Source of the DNA: Branchiostoma lanceolatum
Taxonomy: Eukaryota
Length of the DNA: 64,000 nt
Assembly: GCF_035083965.1 (NCBI RefSeq)
Contig: NC_089740.1
Coordinates: forward strand, 9,044,596-9,108,595
Direction of reading: 5' to 3'
Position 1 is the stretch's first letter, and each line of letters starts with the position of its first letter. The notes below the pieces were generated by a model. It was not told the DNA's origin, searched no databases, and saw nothing but the letters and a program-made list of their open reading frames with translations. Below, one piece after another: positions 11,182-24,100 of the stretch. The position numbers were made by a program, and so were the translations under genes.

Positions 11182-14100
11182 CATCATTGGGATAGACATG
11201 TTCAATTTCACAGAAGTTTGAGAAAATGTAGCTGTTTCACATATACAACTGTATAGTACAAATTTCAGGGGAATTCTGGTACATTAGTGGTCCAGTGACA
11301 TTACCTGCTATGGCTATTCTTAGGTATTTTGAAACTCCAAAAATGCAAATAAAAGGGTTAAAATGTCAACAACAATTTGGTTTTTTGGGAATTGATACAG
11401 TTAACAACAAAATTATTTATACTCCTCATGACTTTTCACTCATGTTGTTATGTGAAAAGTTTTGCTCTTCTTTAAACTACTGGTGCAAGCTAGAAACATT
11501 GTTAGATAACATGGTTCAGAGGTACTTTCCTCATGCTTTTACAAAAGATGCCATGTCCAGCATTATATAATCATACCCTCCTTGTCTAAATTTAGTTATA
11601 GTTTTGTAAATGAGATTAAACCACAGTTTACAAATAAGTGAGTTTTTAATGATCTAAAAGCCCTGTACTACATTTCATTTTTGAGGAAACAAATTTACGA
11701 TGGGCGGGTGTGAATAAATTTGGGGTATGAATGATTTTGTTGTTAATGGTATATAAAACATTACACTCCTATCAGAGGTTTGCATGAAATAAATATGAAA
11801 ATCAAGTATCAAGTCAAGTATCAAGTCAACAAAAATAAGTACCAATTTGAAAATTGATGTGGCATAAGATGATTTTGGTGTCAGGTCTTTATGGGTATAA
11901 ACATATCTGCTATAGATCATTCAAGATCTTTACAACTTTACCCATATTTATGTTGATAATACGTTAACATTGATGTATTTATGGGTGAAGAGTTCTCTGC
12001 AAAACTACAGGTCACTTTGAACATTATACATGATAGTTTTATATCAATGTATTTGTGTTTATTTTTCTCTTGTTTACAAAACTGCCACACTGCAAAGTCC
12101 TGTCTGGCTAGTTATTATCACCATAAATATTTAAAAGCTACTTCATCTCTTAAAATATAATCCCTGTAGCTCTATTTTGTCAAATAGGAATGTTTTGTTA
12201 TTTTCGTTGCCTCCAGTCTTAATCATAGTATCCCAGGGTTTTGGGTATGAAAAAGCAGATTGTGACAATGCTCTGCTTAACCATGTTATTCCCAAGGTAC
12301 TCCATCTTTTGTCACCACGTTTTTATCGGTTACGAGGTTAGGAAGCAAATAAAACATTAAAAACTCATCAAACATATTGTTGTGTCATCTCATGATATGC
12401 AAAAAACTCTTCAGTTTTGCACATCTGATGGCATGATGGCATTGGGAAAGGCCTTAAGGGACTATCAATATAGAGTGTCAAAATATGTTCATTGTTATAG
12501 AATGTAGACATCACATTGTACTATGTTTAGGTAGGTTGTTACACTTATTGAGCACTTTGAAAAGTCATTAGGAATGGACCTGTGATTTAAATGAAAAGGA
12601 AATAAATGATACAACTACTTTTTATCGTTGTAGATATTAGCTTACAGACTTGATTAACGGAACATACTTTTTTTTGCTGGAAATGTTTCCTTGGTCTTCA
12701 CACAGTACAGCTAATGATATAAAGAGAATGGGTAGCTACTACATGTATTGCCCCCCCACCCACACACATACATATGCATTACCATAACTTTATTGCTTGA
12801 AAATTGTGTAAGATTTAACGATACAAGTGTGTTTTGAGTCTATAATATATATATTAGGTACTTCTATATTCTGAATTTAAGACAGCCTTTTCCATAACAA
12901 GAGAGATGAATTTTGTACGACTATCCCAACAGTAATTTGCGATCGTAATGTGGTCGTACAGCTTAGTCGCCTGTTTGTGACCATGCAGCCTGGAGTATTT
13001 GTATGACCGAAGTCGGGCCACGCTTAGAGTTGGGCATACCACAGTTTACCATAGCAACCAAGTATGGCAAACATGTTATAGAGGAATATTGTCTATGGTA
13101 TATCTAAAGATTGAAAACACTGGACATAAAGTTACAAATGTAACCGTTCCATTGCTGGCCAATTTCAGGTAAATTTTCTGTGATGACGCTTATCTTGAAT
13201 ACACTAGATAAGCTGGATAGACGTTACATAAAATCATTCATACCTCTGAAACAACAATCAATGATATATATTTGTCGTGAGGTTTTAGATTTGTCAATTT
13301 TTGGTCGTTCCAGTGGCATGGTTGCCATCAGCTGATTTTAAGGCTTCCACCAAAATCTATTTTAACCAATTGCAACCATTCGCCATAGTGCAACGTCGTA
13401 ATCTCAAAACATATCTGTACCTTCGACTGTTTTCAACTTGTTTTGCATATCTTTTCATCCTTATTTGGTTCTTTAAGAGCCTTTTGCCAGGTGTCCACTA
13501 ACAAACTGACTGTACCTATTGTATCTGAAAAAAACTCCTCGCAAAAGTACTTGAAAAATAAGCAAATACTTAAAAAATAAGCAAATCAGTTAAAAAATCA
13601 CAGAAGTCGATGATTAACCTGCGTAGAGTGACGTACCCTGGCCGGGTCATCCCGTGTCACACCCCTGCACGGTCCGATCACATGCTCTCTTTTCTACAAC
13701 CTATGGCCGCCATCTTGTTCGGGTAAAATTTCCTGCCAAGTGCGCAAAACTACACCACGAAAAGTGCAATAACGGTGGGTTTGTTCTCTTGTTTAGCATA
13801 AGGTTTTGAAATAGCACCGAAAGGCTTTTGTTTGTCAATTGTTTCGCCAGCGCTTCGCAAATTTGCACCGCTTTCTAGTTGTTTGACTTTAAGGAATGCT
13901 ACGGTCAACAATCTAGGACAATGTAACAGACGGAATATGTATCAAAATGTCCATAATAGCAGGTGCATTGTTGCAAAGTAAAGTGTTTACCAAAAATTAC
14001 ACGAGCTAAAGAACCATCTAAAGGATACAGTAAATTCCGGTCCCTTGTAGATTTTGTTACATTACACAAGAGACAAACTATGTCAATACTGATATCTTCC

Positions 14101-16768
14101 GATCTTATGCGATTACATCTTTCCGTTATGGATGCATACAGTAGAGTGGTCTGTCATAACTTCTGTCACTGACAGATGATTTAGTCTTAAACATTTTGAA
14201 AACGCTGTTTTGAATCAAGTATGCGCGCTTTATAGTTTTATTGCTGTTATAGAGGCCACGTGACCTTTAAATCGTCCACTCCAAATGATTAGTTACCTCT
14301 TAGCGTGCTTACGTTTACCCAACTATTACTTCGTCCTGAACCAAAGAACGGCAAAAGTTCTTGCATTGTGAAGTAAAAAAAATCCAAATCCCACCGCTGC
14401 CACTAGTGTAAAAAACGTGTCTATTCCCCCGCTGTCTGTTCAACTGAAAACAGGACAGACCCGATTGATGATGTCTCTGCTTTTTTTTATTCATAACCAT
14501 GAACGTTTGTGAGGTAACTATGACCATGTAGAGAAGGCAAGACATTTGATAGTTGACCGGATCCTGTTGACCACTAAAACATATTGCTGCCGTAGGATTG
14601 ATCCTATTAGATTTCATAAAAACTACGAACGCCGCCATTTTGTTGCCCGAGTCCGGTGGACCGAGGTCCAAAGTTTGTGTTTGTCGTACCATTTGGTCCC
14701 CCGCCGTGACTGGTTATCGATAAGGGCATTTATATAACCGATGACCTTCACAATTGTTATCGGCTGCCTAAGAAACGATTTTTTTAAACCATTGTCGTTG
14801 ATATTGAAATTGAATGCTTAGTAGTTATGTACGTCATCGACGATTTTAGATGGTCGGATTACCATAGCTGAGTTTTGATTTAAACACGACTTACTCGCTA
14901 ACTCATACTCTTGCAAGTGGTGCGCAGAGCCAACATAACTTTCAAATTGTGAAAATGATCTTCATCTTTACGATATCTGCCAGACATCGCCCCAATGCGC
15001 CCTCACATTGCATCATCTTAGGTTGCGTGGATGATGCAGTTGTTTCTGTAAGTTTAGGTCCATGTCTTGTTGGTGCAACCCCTACACCGGCCTCTTTTTC
15101 ATAAGTGTCCTCATTCTACCCATCAATTGCTTGTTGAATAAAACACGTCACTCACTCGGTAGTTTATGAGGTGGTTATAGGGACTGACCATACCTTATGT
15201 TTCGTATACACCAACGGGCGGATCATGAACACTGTATACATACAACGTTAGATTAATACACAACGCATGGCAAATCAATCTAACAAGCCATGCCATTGAT
15301 ACGAGTACAGATCTAGAGGTGCAACGACATCTCGAAATATCGGGGTTGGAGATATACCAGCTGCAACATACTAAGTGGAATATATTTGAAAAAAAATGTA
15401 TCCACATGGCACATGCAGGTCTAATGATCAAACGTTTACTTTCAGTACAATATCAGATTGTTACACCTCTTCCAGATAGCAGTGATAGCTTTAGGAACCT
15501 CTCATTGGGTGTACATGTCACAATGTCAAATTCCTACACGTTCGCATCTCATTATTGGTAGTATAATCACTACAACCCTGACCCTTTCACATACGTGTAG
15601 CTTTTCTCTGTCAAGTGTTAAAAGTTCATTTAATTTGTCGCCCAGAGAATGTGCTTGCTGTATTGACTCATTGATACTTATCCGAGGGAGGCGTAAACCT
15701 TTGTTCAGGCTGAGGGATTGTGTTGTCAGCAAACAGTATTGCTACATGCGTGAATAGTTTCATCAGGTTGGTAGATCACTGGTAAACAAGGCTGTTTAGA
15801 CAGAACCAATGTTTTTCACCTGCCGACGTTTATTTTTTGTGACTGCCTGCCACCTTTCCTCGGGTCAATAATGACTGGTTCTACTTCGAACTGCAGCTAG
15901 GTGTCGCTGCTGTGGGACGGATGCGGTCCCAAACGAGTTTGTGTCCCCTCATGATTCGTAGATTTTACCAGTAGATATTGCCATGAGAAAGATGGCTTGC
16001 GACCTCCCGAAATGTCAGAAAACAAAGAAACTAAATGTTGTATGTAAAGAATTTTCCATTATTGCTACATTGCGAGATGGGATTTAGGGATTTAGTAGGA
16101 TGACTCTTTGCTCATTACATGACAAAAGTGGAGGTCAAAGAGCTAACATTTGCTAGCAAACGGAAAACTTTCGTACCCAACGCTTCCAAGAATATCCTGA
16201 ATATTAGTGCTACAATTCGGGTAAAAGTAGCTAGAGTGCGGCATTGCTACATTATAACTTGCGTTAATCATTTACTATTTGTACTTCTGGAACCTTGCGA
16301 CGACGTACTTGTATAAGTTGCCAATTGTATAACATACATTTGTATATATCATATGCAACATTTTTAGTTGCCCGTCTCATAAAATTGCTTCAAATGTCAG
16401 TAACCAACATTTCCAAAAAGAGTTCAAGGATCTCATACCTCAGTTAGATATACAGATTTTCCCGTAAGTCTTGTTTAGTTCTAATTCATTGATTATGCAA
16501 ATACATTTTTGATTGACAGTATATGTGTCCATTGATTGCTTTCTGTCACTCTACGGTGAAAGTATCATATGGAAAGTATGTAACCGTGAAAATACAGACA
16601 AGCAGAAAGACCAAAAACAACATATTAGTATCGTCTTCCATTGGAATGTCTGCCAGCTGTCAGATAAGATAGATAAATAGCTACTTCTACCAACTTTGAG
16701 CTCCATTTCCTGTTACTTCGCAATTATACCCTTCACTTCATGCCACTTTCATGTCACAGGTACACAAG

Positions 16769-16969
16769 ATGAGAAGAACGTTTCTCTTCCTCGCGGCTGC
16801 TGTCCAGTGCGCGTGCGTACTTGGCCAGTTGCAGGGATGGCCGGACGCTAACATCTGTTCCCCCGGCCCCAACACTACTGTGCCCCTCCCCACCATACCC
16901 AGCAACTTCGAGACCAGAATAGAGATCACCATAGAAGCTGTGGACGGGCAACCCAAGAAGACAATAGAG
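16769..16969 (+). CDS. Novel type I membrane glycoprotein, exon 1: MRRTFLFLAAAVQCACVLGQLQGWPDANICSPGPNTTVPLPTIPSNFETRIEITIEAVDGQPKKTIE (signal peptide)
   Basis: ATG followed by a hydrophobic h-region typical of a signal peptide. Donor GAG|gtaaga. A second in-frame ATG 18 nt upstream at 16751 is an alternative start. Confidence 0.7.
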
Positions 16970-17446
16970 GTAAGACTTTTTTTTTCTTTAGAGTTGATAG
17001 AGATAATGAAATAACGAAAAAGAACAATACATTCTCATTCAGAAATGTATTTTCTTAAACATCAAGATAAATCGGGTCCACGTATGAAAATGTGTATATA
17101 ACAATATGATGAGGTTGATAAATGGCTTATTATATGTACCCCTTTACTTTACTTTTACTTTGATACTGTCAGCCTTCTGGCATGATTTTGCAAAGAGATA
17201 TTTATTTCTTGATACTATAATTATTTTGGCCCAGGATATGTAGTAGGTCTATTAATCAAGTAGGAAGCTTTTTTTTTACATTCGCAAAACAACTAAAAGC
17301 ATGGCAGCACCAATATTAGTATGTTGAATGTTAACTATCATCTATCGATGCCTATAGTTGATGACCTTTTACACCTGACCTTTTAAAAGTCACGAACTTT
17401 AACATCTGACTTTATCTTATGATGACCTTTCACATCTGACCTTCAG

Positions 17447-17561
17447 ATGTGGGAGTTTTTCGACTCTACGAACAACCGTGGCCTGATTGGCATAATGGCG
17501 AGCGGTAACTATGGTTACCAGATCTACAACTACCGAACGAACGAGATCTACGACATCCAGG
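17447..17561 (+). CDS. Novel membrane protein exon 2: MWEFFDSTNNRGLIGIMASGNYGYQIYNYRTNEIYDIQ(G)
   Basis: Acceptor cttcag| and donor G|gtacga. In-frame continuation in phase 0 to 1. Confidence 0.65.
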
Positions 17562-17784
17562 GTACGAGAACTTACCTTGGACCATACTATCATTACAGGG
17601 CTGGCGACAGCAAATACCCGTCTTGTTTTACCATTGTTGTGAATTACTGCTATATGTCAAAATTGACTTATGAGAATTCTGTTTGTGATCGAGTTTGGTA
17701 ATCTATTGTAGATTGCACTTTCTACATCTTTTGATAGTGTCTTAAAGATATGAAGACATAAGTTTTTTCTCCTTTCTTGACCAG

Positions 17785-17850
17785 GTGTGGCCTGTGTGCA
17801 GCAGCAGACTGTCAATGGACAGACGGTCACCATGCCGGGGCCGTGTATGA
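17785..17850 (+). CDS. Novel membrane protein exon 3: (G)VACVQQQTVNGQTVTMPGPCM
   Basis: Acceptor tgaccag| and donor A|gtaagt. Phase 1 to 1. Confidence 0.6.
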   Translation: MWPVCSSRLSMDRRSPCRGRV

Positions 17851-18388
17851 GTAAGTCTATTTTTTTCTTTTGTTTGTTGCTTTCGAAATGTTTGCTTCTG
17901 TGTCAGTTTCTGTCTGAATACAGTAGAGTAGCAGGAAGTGAAAAGAAAATGGTGTAACCGCAGACTGACAGGAAGTAGAGGTCAAATTTGAGGTCAGAAT
18001 GCCCCCCCCCCCCACAGGATAGGTCAGAGGACCCAGAGATGTCTCAGAATAGGTTATCTTATTTCCCGTCTTCGATTTCCGGCTATATGTTTGCATGGTG
18101 CCATATGAGAGCCAGTAGGAAAATGTATCACACAGAATCAGCAAGAAATTTATCATCGGTGAATAGAAAAAAAGATTTACAAAACTAGAAACATATCACC
18201 GAGGTATGAGATCTTCGAATTGTTAGCATTGTTACCTCAAAGGGTTTTCAGGATTTACAATGGAGCTTTGAAGAAAGCAGATAGAATCAGTATGATGATG
18301 ATAACTTTAATTTTTGTGGGCTCTATGGCCTTTTTTGTTTATCTATTTATTTGTTTATTTATCTATTGTTTGCTTGCTCATCCCCCAG

Positions 18389-18509
18389 ACACGGTGTGTG
18401 TGACTGAGTCCATGAGTGACGGGAACACCTTCCTGGTGGGACACAAGCTGGAGAACGGCACGCTCCACATGTTCTCTACTGCGCAGGCGCTCTGGTTCGA
18501 CGCCAGTCG
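18389..18509 (+). CDS. Novel membrane protein exon 4: (N)TVCVTESMSDGNTFLVGHKLENGTLHMFSTAQALWFDAS(R)
   Basis: Acceptor tcccccag| and donor CG|gtaagg. Contains two NxT sequons. Confidence 0.65.
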
Positions 18510-18728
18510 GTAAGGGCATATGACGTCATGAGCACATCCGCCGCCATATTGGTGTCCTTATTTGCATTTTATTTTTTCAGTGAATTGTAGCTAAAGCTTC
18601 TACCGCAAGGATATCATTTGCAATAAGTTTTCCCTCAAAAAAAGCAATGTCAAACGCGTCCTTCGTTTGTGCGTAATACATCAAAGAAATAACGTTTTGT
18701 GTAACTGAAGTTCTTGATTGTATTTCAG

Positions 18729-18827
18729 ACTACCCATCACGTATGTGGGAGAAGACGTAGTCCGCGGGATTCCCGTACAACACTGGCGCCAGTGTAACTT
18801 CATCAACAAGTGGTCATCTACCTTCAC
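18729..18827 (+). CDS. Novel membrane protein exon 5: (R)LPITYVGEDVVRGIPVQHWRQCNFINKWSSTF(T)
   Basis: Acceptor tatttcag| and donor AC|gtaagc. Confidence 0.65.
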
Positions 18828-19190
18828 GTAAGCACACAACAACGTGTTAACAACATTCGACAAAATAGCAGAGCAGAGTTGTTTGTTTTGTTTGATTGTT
18901 TTAGATTGAAATAGAAATGTGTCTTATCCCTAGTCGCACATGTGCACAGAGTAGGCACATTTTATGAGGTTCAGCTTCCATGAAGCTAAAGTTTTTTTGG
19001 CAGTCGCTATTTCTGACCGTTACACAGAGAAGCCTTGAGTGTCAGAAAACAACTTGTGTTGTCATATAAAGTAAAATATGCTAGTCATCTTTTTAGCAGA
19101 ATGTCTATACGTAGAGAATGGTGACCAGGAAATCAAAACAAAGGGTAGAAAACATCTGTAAACAGCACATTTCTTTCATTTTAACGGCAG

Positions 19191-19392
19191 GGTGGATTAC
19201 TACTGGAGTAAGCCAGTCGCCTGGGTATCTGCCAGCGGTCCAGCAGCGCCCTCTGTCCCCGTGCGTGTTGTAGTGCAGGGCAGTGGGTGCAGCCCCACCG
19301 CAGCCACCTGTTCTCGTCGCCGTGCCTTCAGAAGGCAGTACGAGTTCACCTTCTTCAGACCTGCTCTGACCGTCGACGGAAAGATATTCCAG
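19191..19392 (+). CDS. Novel membrane protein exon 6: VDYYWSKPVAWVSASGPAAPSVPVRVVVQGSGCSPTAATCSRRRAFRRQYEFTFFRPALTVDGKIFQ
   Basis: Acceptor ttaacggcag| and donor CAG|gtaaac. Matches the ORF-track frame. Confidence 0.7.
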
Positions 19393-19770
19393 GTAAACTT
19401 TAATCGTTATCTATTCTGAAATAAAGTGGATGACTTTGTTCTTTTTTTTTATTGATGTAAATCAACTATTATAATATTTTCAGTAGCACCCAAACTATTC
19501 CGAGCCCCCCAAAAAATATTTGCATAAAAAACTATTAGAATTATTTCGGGCCGGACGGAGGACGGTACAAACTTCCAAGTACCTTTGACGCATTACTGTG
19601 CTCACGTGTCCAAATAGATTACGTCCGAAATGGGTTACGTCTTTGAGTCGGCTGAAAATTCAATTATTCTAAATTATTCATTTGTATTGATTCTACCATG
19701 ATTTGATTTTAGCTTCAATATCTCTAGGAAAGGAATTACATTGTACTTATTTCTTTTCCTCCTGTTCCAG

Positions 19771-19911
19771 CCGCCAGAGAACGTGCTGTGTCTGAATGAG
19801 AAGCTGTCCCTGTCTCTCCCTCCCCTGCCCGACCGGTACGCCGTCAGGACAGAGTACCTCACCAACATCCCCAGCGCAGGGGGGTATCAGACCGTCATCG
19901 CCTACTATGAT
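19771..19911 (+). CDS. Novel membrane protein exon 7: PPENVLCLNEKLSLSLPPLPDRYAVRTEYLTNIPSAGGYQTVIAYYD
   Basis: Acceptor cctgttccag| and donor GAT|gtaagt. 47 codons in phase 0. Confidence 0.7.
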
Positions 19912-20263
19912 GTAAGTTTGGGTGTCCAATTTTCCCATGATTACATGCAGATATCAATCTAATGTGACTTATACTTATACAAGGACTAAGGCCAGGAGAA
20001 CAATACATCTTAGAACGTAATATTCTTAGATACAGAGCAACAAGTCAGTTACTGAAGATTAAACAGTCGCTTGCTACTAGTGCAATGAGAACCTTAGGAA
20101 AAGAATGAAACATTCATGTACTTGTCAGCTGCATGACCTGGTAGTGGTACCCCTACCATTTCTTTATGACTTTGAACTTGCATATTTTCACATTTTTTTT
20201 CATCATTTGCTGCATATTTAATAGAATTAGGATTAAAACACAGAGGAAAATTGTTCCTTTCAG

Positions 20264-20354
20264 ACGTGGTACGACTACGGCTACAAACTGTCCCGGATGG
20301 ACTTCCTCGTCAACTTTGAGATCCCGGTTCGAACCATCCAGGACTTCAACACAG
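20264..20354 (+). CDS. Novel membrane protein exon 8: TWYDYGYKLSRMDFLVNFEIPVRTIQDFNT(G)
   Basis: Acceptor ttcctttcag| and donor G|gtcaga. Confidence 0.65.
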
Positions 20355-20523
20355 GTCAGAAAACTAATATTCTTTTTGTCAACGCCTTAAGGATAGAGCC
20401 AAATAAGAATCATATTGTATAGTACAAAAATATTCCATTCAGTTTTCAACGGTCAGTTTTTGCTTCAAACAACAATTGATAGGACCTTGCTGTCCATGAC
20501 AATGTACGTTTGTTGATATCCAG

Positions 20524-20684
20524 GTATTGAGTACCAGATTCTCCCCACCACCGGAAACTGCAGTGTGACACCCATCTCCAACCAGACCTGGGACACCATC
20601 TTCACCGACCCAAACCACGTGCGCATGCGCAACCCATTCGAGTGGTTCATGACTGACAAGTACCCACCCTTCTACCAGGGCAAG
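20524..20684 (+). CDS. Novel membrane protein exon 9: (G)IEYQILPTTGNCSVTPISNQTWDTIFTDPNHVRMRNPFEWFMTDKYPPFYQGK
   Basis: Acceptor gatatccag| and donor AAG|gttggt. Two N-glycosylation sequons. Confidence 0.7.
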
Positions 20685-21083
20685 GTTGGTTCAGCTGTCT
20701 TCTAAAAATAAAGCATCAAATGGGATATCTCTAAGCATCTTTACAAAGCCCCTGTCACGCCTTCGACCTTACCACGACTTTGCTCCGGGCCACTCACCAA
20801 CCGTCTGCGCTGGGTTGACAATAATCTGGAATCCATCATATTCTAGCTCTTTATGGCCCCCACGATCGCATCCAAGCAGAATATTACTTTTACATGTTTG
20901 TTTGATTGAACAAAAGTAATGGTTGGCAAGTACACAGTACCTATGAAGCTGATGTGTATCGCTGGGTTCGGGTTACACAAATAGGTAATTACAGAGAAGG
21001 AAACTGCACCTTAAAACCTGTCTCCACTAGTTAATTTGTTGAATGTATGTGATGTTGATGTTTTATGTTGACCTCTGTTGCAG

Positions 21084-21185
21084 CAAATGACCCGAGGCAT
21101 GCGCACTGACGTGTGGCTGGCAGCCCGCGCAGATTGGCCCCCGAGTAACCCTCAGCAGAGCGAGTTCACTTACTACTACTCCTCG
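21084..21185 (+). CDS. Novel membrane protein exon 10: QMTRGMRTDVWLAARADWPPSNPQQSEFTYYYSS
   Basis: Acceptor ctgttgcag| and donor TCG|gttagt. Confidence 0.65.
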
Positions 21186-21411
21186 GTTAGTCAGCTTATT
21201 AAAACTCTTGCCCCGTTTGATGGAATCATCATTGAAGTTTTGTTGTTCCAGCTTTCTCTTTAACACTCTGCCTACTGCTTGACTTAACAACCATCTTAGC
21301 ACAATGAAGGTTAATGTCTGCTGTTGCAACATATAGGTCTGGAAACGCCTGATCGCTGAATTAGCTGCCAGAGAATATTGTATGTAACGTTGTCATATCG
21401 TTTTCCTCCAG

Positions 21412-21483
21412 GCGGAATATCAGCACTACATGGGTTCCCTGGAGGAGAGACGAGTTCCCATCAAGCTGCAGATCAGGGTCAAT
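21412..21483 (+). CDS. Novel membrane protein exon 11: AEYQHYMGSLEERRVPIKLQIRVN
   Basis: Acceptor ttttcctccag| and donor AAT|gtacgt. Confidence 0.65.
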
Positions 21484-21890
21484 GTACGTATGAGTGGTTT
21501 AGTAAAATCTATGAATAAATGAAATGAAATGAAATCTACAAGCAGATGTTGGCCTGGAGGATCGTAACGTTTCCTAGCTGTTCTAACAATCATTCAAACT
21601 TTAAGAGCAACACCCAAACATGTTCTTGTGAGAACTGTATCTTGGGTCCAATTATTCATTTGATAGGCCAAACTTTTAGGGAATCAGCTGCATTTATAAA
21701 GAAAGTAAAGAGTCATGTTCATGATGATTAAGTTATGTAAAGATCTAAATCCAATATGTAAAATCTGCTTGTATGATATTATAGTATATATATACAGAGT
21801 CTTGTCCAGTACATCTTCTATTTCCTTATAAATACAAGTAGTTTTCTATCTCTTTTGTTTCTTTATTGAAATATCTTTATGCACCCCCAG

Positions 21891-22038
21891 CCCATCAACT
21901 CCGCGTCTGCAGACAAGGCGAACATCTTCACCTGGAACTACTTCAAGTTCGTGGAGGAGCACCCCTACCTGTGGGTGTTCGACACCACGCAGTGTTTCCC
22001 CGAGGAGAACAAAGTCAACATCATGTTCACCGTACCAG
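21891..22038 (+). CDS. Novel membrane protein exon 12: PINSASADKANIFTWNYFKFVEEHPYLWVFDTTQCFPEENKVNIMFTVP(G)
   Basis: Acceptor gcacccccag| and donor G|gtttgt. Confidence 0.65.
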
Positions 22039-22335
22039 GTTTGTTGGATTGTTTGGCCAAGTTGAAGTTGTAGGACTGATTTCAATTTTGTCCTACAACT
22101 TTCATGATTGATCAGTATACAAATGTTAAATTCTTGATAATTCAGACCAAATTATTTCAGTGATTTTTTGCCCATTGAGGGCAACTGCAAGAAAATTATG
22201 TCCATTTTTAATCACGGTTCTCTTAAAAATGCAGACATATACCTACACTGATTGTTGGTGTCACGGGCATCTGCATGGTCAAGTCATGGTGCTTGTTATA
22301 GCAAAGTTTTACCATCGTTTCTTCTCTCTTGCCAG

Positions 22336-22445
22336 CCGACTACAAGGCTGCGTTCCAGCTGAGTGAAACCCTGGCCCGTGACGTGTTCCTGTACGAGCTG
22401 GCTCGGGTTATGACGGTCTCTCCTCTCCGCATCCAGAATATCGGG
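22336..22445 (+). CDS. Novel membrane protein exon 13: (A)DYKAAFQLSETLARDVFLYELARVMTVSPLRIQNIG
   Basis: Acceptor ctcttgccag| and donor GGG|gtacaa. Confidence 0.6.
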
Positions 22446-22814
22446 GTACAAAATGTCTTAATCTTCTCATTATAACGTTTTCATAGTGCATTTTTTATGA
22501 TAGCAGAAGAAATCAAAGCAATCAGAGATGGCAGACTTCACTCCCTTCACCCAACGTTAGAAACACACATAGACAGGCAGACGGACACACACACTGAGAG
22601 ACACACTAGAACACGACGTCACACCCTTAGAGTGGAGTAGTGGTAGAATAATGGCAAATATCAGAAAGTATAAGCAATCATACAATAGTAAGCAATCAGC
22701 ACGAATGTTGCTGTTAAAACTGGCACCTGACATAATTCGTTTATAATCTAGCATTATGCATGTTTTTAACCCTTATCTATAGATGTAACCATATATGTAT
22801 CGCCATATTCACAG

Positions 22815-22991
22815 TTCCGCTACACAAGCACAAGTGACGTCACCGTTCGGTTCACGTTGCTGGGCGTTCCCCCCGTCACTGGCAACGTCGCCGTCGTCAA
22901 ACCGCAGACGTCATTGGACGTGGCCAGGACCCTGCTGAAGAACGCCATCGACACCAACAGCTTCCGGGTCACCATCCAGCTGCAGAATGTG
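22815..22991 (+). CDS. Novel membrane protein exon 14: FRYTSTSDVTVRFTLLGVPPVTGNVAVVKPQTSLDVARTLLKNAIDTNSFRVTIQLQNV
   Basis: Acceptor attcacag| and donor GTG|gtacgt. Confidence 0.65.
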
Positions 22992-23412
22992 GTACGTCAT
23001 CCTTTCTAACCAATGGGTATTCTTGAATCTGAAATACCACGACCTGATTGGTTAGAAATTGGTCGACCAGGTCATTCTTTTATAACCAATGGCCGTGCTT
23101 GAAGACGCAATACTACGGCCTGATTGGTTACTTGTAGGCCAATGACACGGCTCTCTTGGAGCACAGACCATGCTTATACGATTAAATATAGGATTGGTCA
23201 GAATGGACCATCGATGTCGTCCTTATAAAACCAAGGTTTGTGCTTGAATTTGAACTGCCTTGGCTCCAGACTCTCTGGCTGATCAGAAACTAGCTATTCG
23301 CTGATCACGAGCAGTATTGTTACAGATGTATTCATATTGATGACTATTACTGATATATCACATAATCAGCTATATGTTCCGGATATTGAATGTCGTCATT
23401 TCCGTTTCCCAG

Positions 23413-23503
23413 CTGACCGTGGTTGTGCCTGCCTCCCCGGGCACCATCGTGGAAAACGCTCAATTTGATGACCAGTCATCTACCATGACAGGCTTCTCCG
23501 GCG
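23413..23503 (+). CDS. Novel membrane protein exon 15: LTVVVPASPGTIVENAQFDDQSSTMTGFSG(G), juxtamembrane stalk
   Basis: Acceptor tttcccag| and donor G|gtaaga. Phase 0 to 1, matching the functional TM exon at 24092. Confidence 0.65.
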
Positions 23504-23689
23504 GTAAGAATGGTTCTCTTCTTTATCAACATCTATTTCAGTAGATAAAGAAGACATAGCTTCAACTACGGTTGTGTGTAAATCAACCAATTAGCCTTTA
23601 CGACAGAATATAAGCTTATACCGCTCTCGATATCTTTCAATGGGCCATAATTTACATGGTTAACTATGCGTTTAGTCGACTATAAGCTT

Positions 23690-24100
23690 TGCTATTGTTT
23701 CCCGTATGTGCCATGGATGGCTTGCCCACTGGGCTGCTGATTGTGACCATCTCCCTGGGCCTTGGCGTGATGTTCCTGCTGTAGCTGTAGGAGGTTTTCA
23801 TGACTCCAGCTGCAGTAGAATGGCGAAAAAATGTTTCTGTTCTTTGTAGGTCTGCTGATCGTGACTATCTCCCTTACCCGATGTTCCTGCTGCAGCTGTA
23901 GGATGTTTCAGCAGCAGTACACTGACGTAAACTGTTTTTGTTTCCCGAAGTTGCCATGGCTGGTTTGGCCATCGGGCTGCTGATCGTGACCATCGCCCTG
24001 GGTCTCGGTGTGATGTTCCTGCTGCAACTGTAGTATGAGTCTATGACTACAGCATCAGCACAATGATGTAAACTGTTTTTGCTTCCCGTAGGTGCCATGG
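23690..24100 (+). repeat. Tandem array of 4 copies (about 110-130 bp each) of the TM-encoding terminal exon plus flanking intron. Copies 1-3 are truncated or disabled (start about 23700, 23850, 23945). Copy 4 is the functional exon 16.
   Basis: Copy 1 encodes AMDGLPTGLLIVTISLGLGVMFLL* but its acceptor is mutated (cccgtaTgtgcc versus cccgtaGgtgcc). Copy 2 has an internal deletion. Copy 3 encodes VAMAGLAIGLLIVTIALGLGVMFLLQL* with a weak aag acceptor. All three terminate at ctgtag directly after the TM segment. Confidence 0.75.

Noticed and set aside
14315-14692. 125-aa minus-strand ORF in the TXNL1 / membrane-gene intergenic region
   Set aside because: It has no splice context or homology and a low-complexity composition. 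It overlaps a CpG-rich patch that is more plausibly regulatory.
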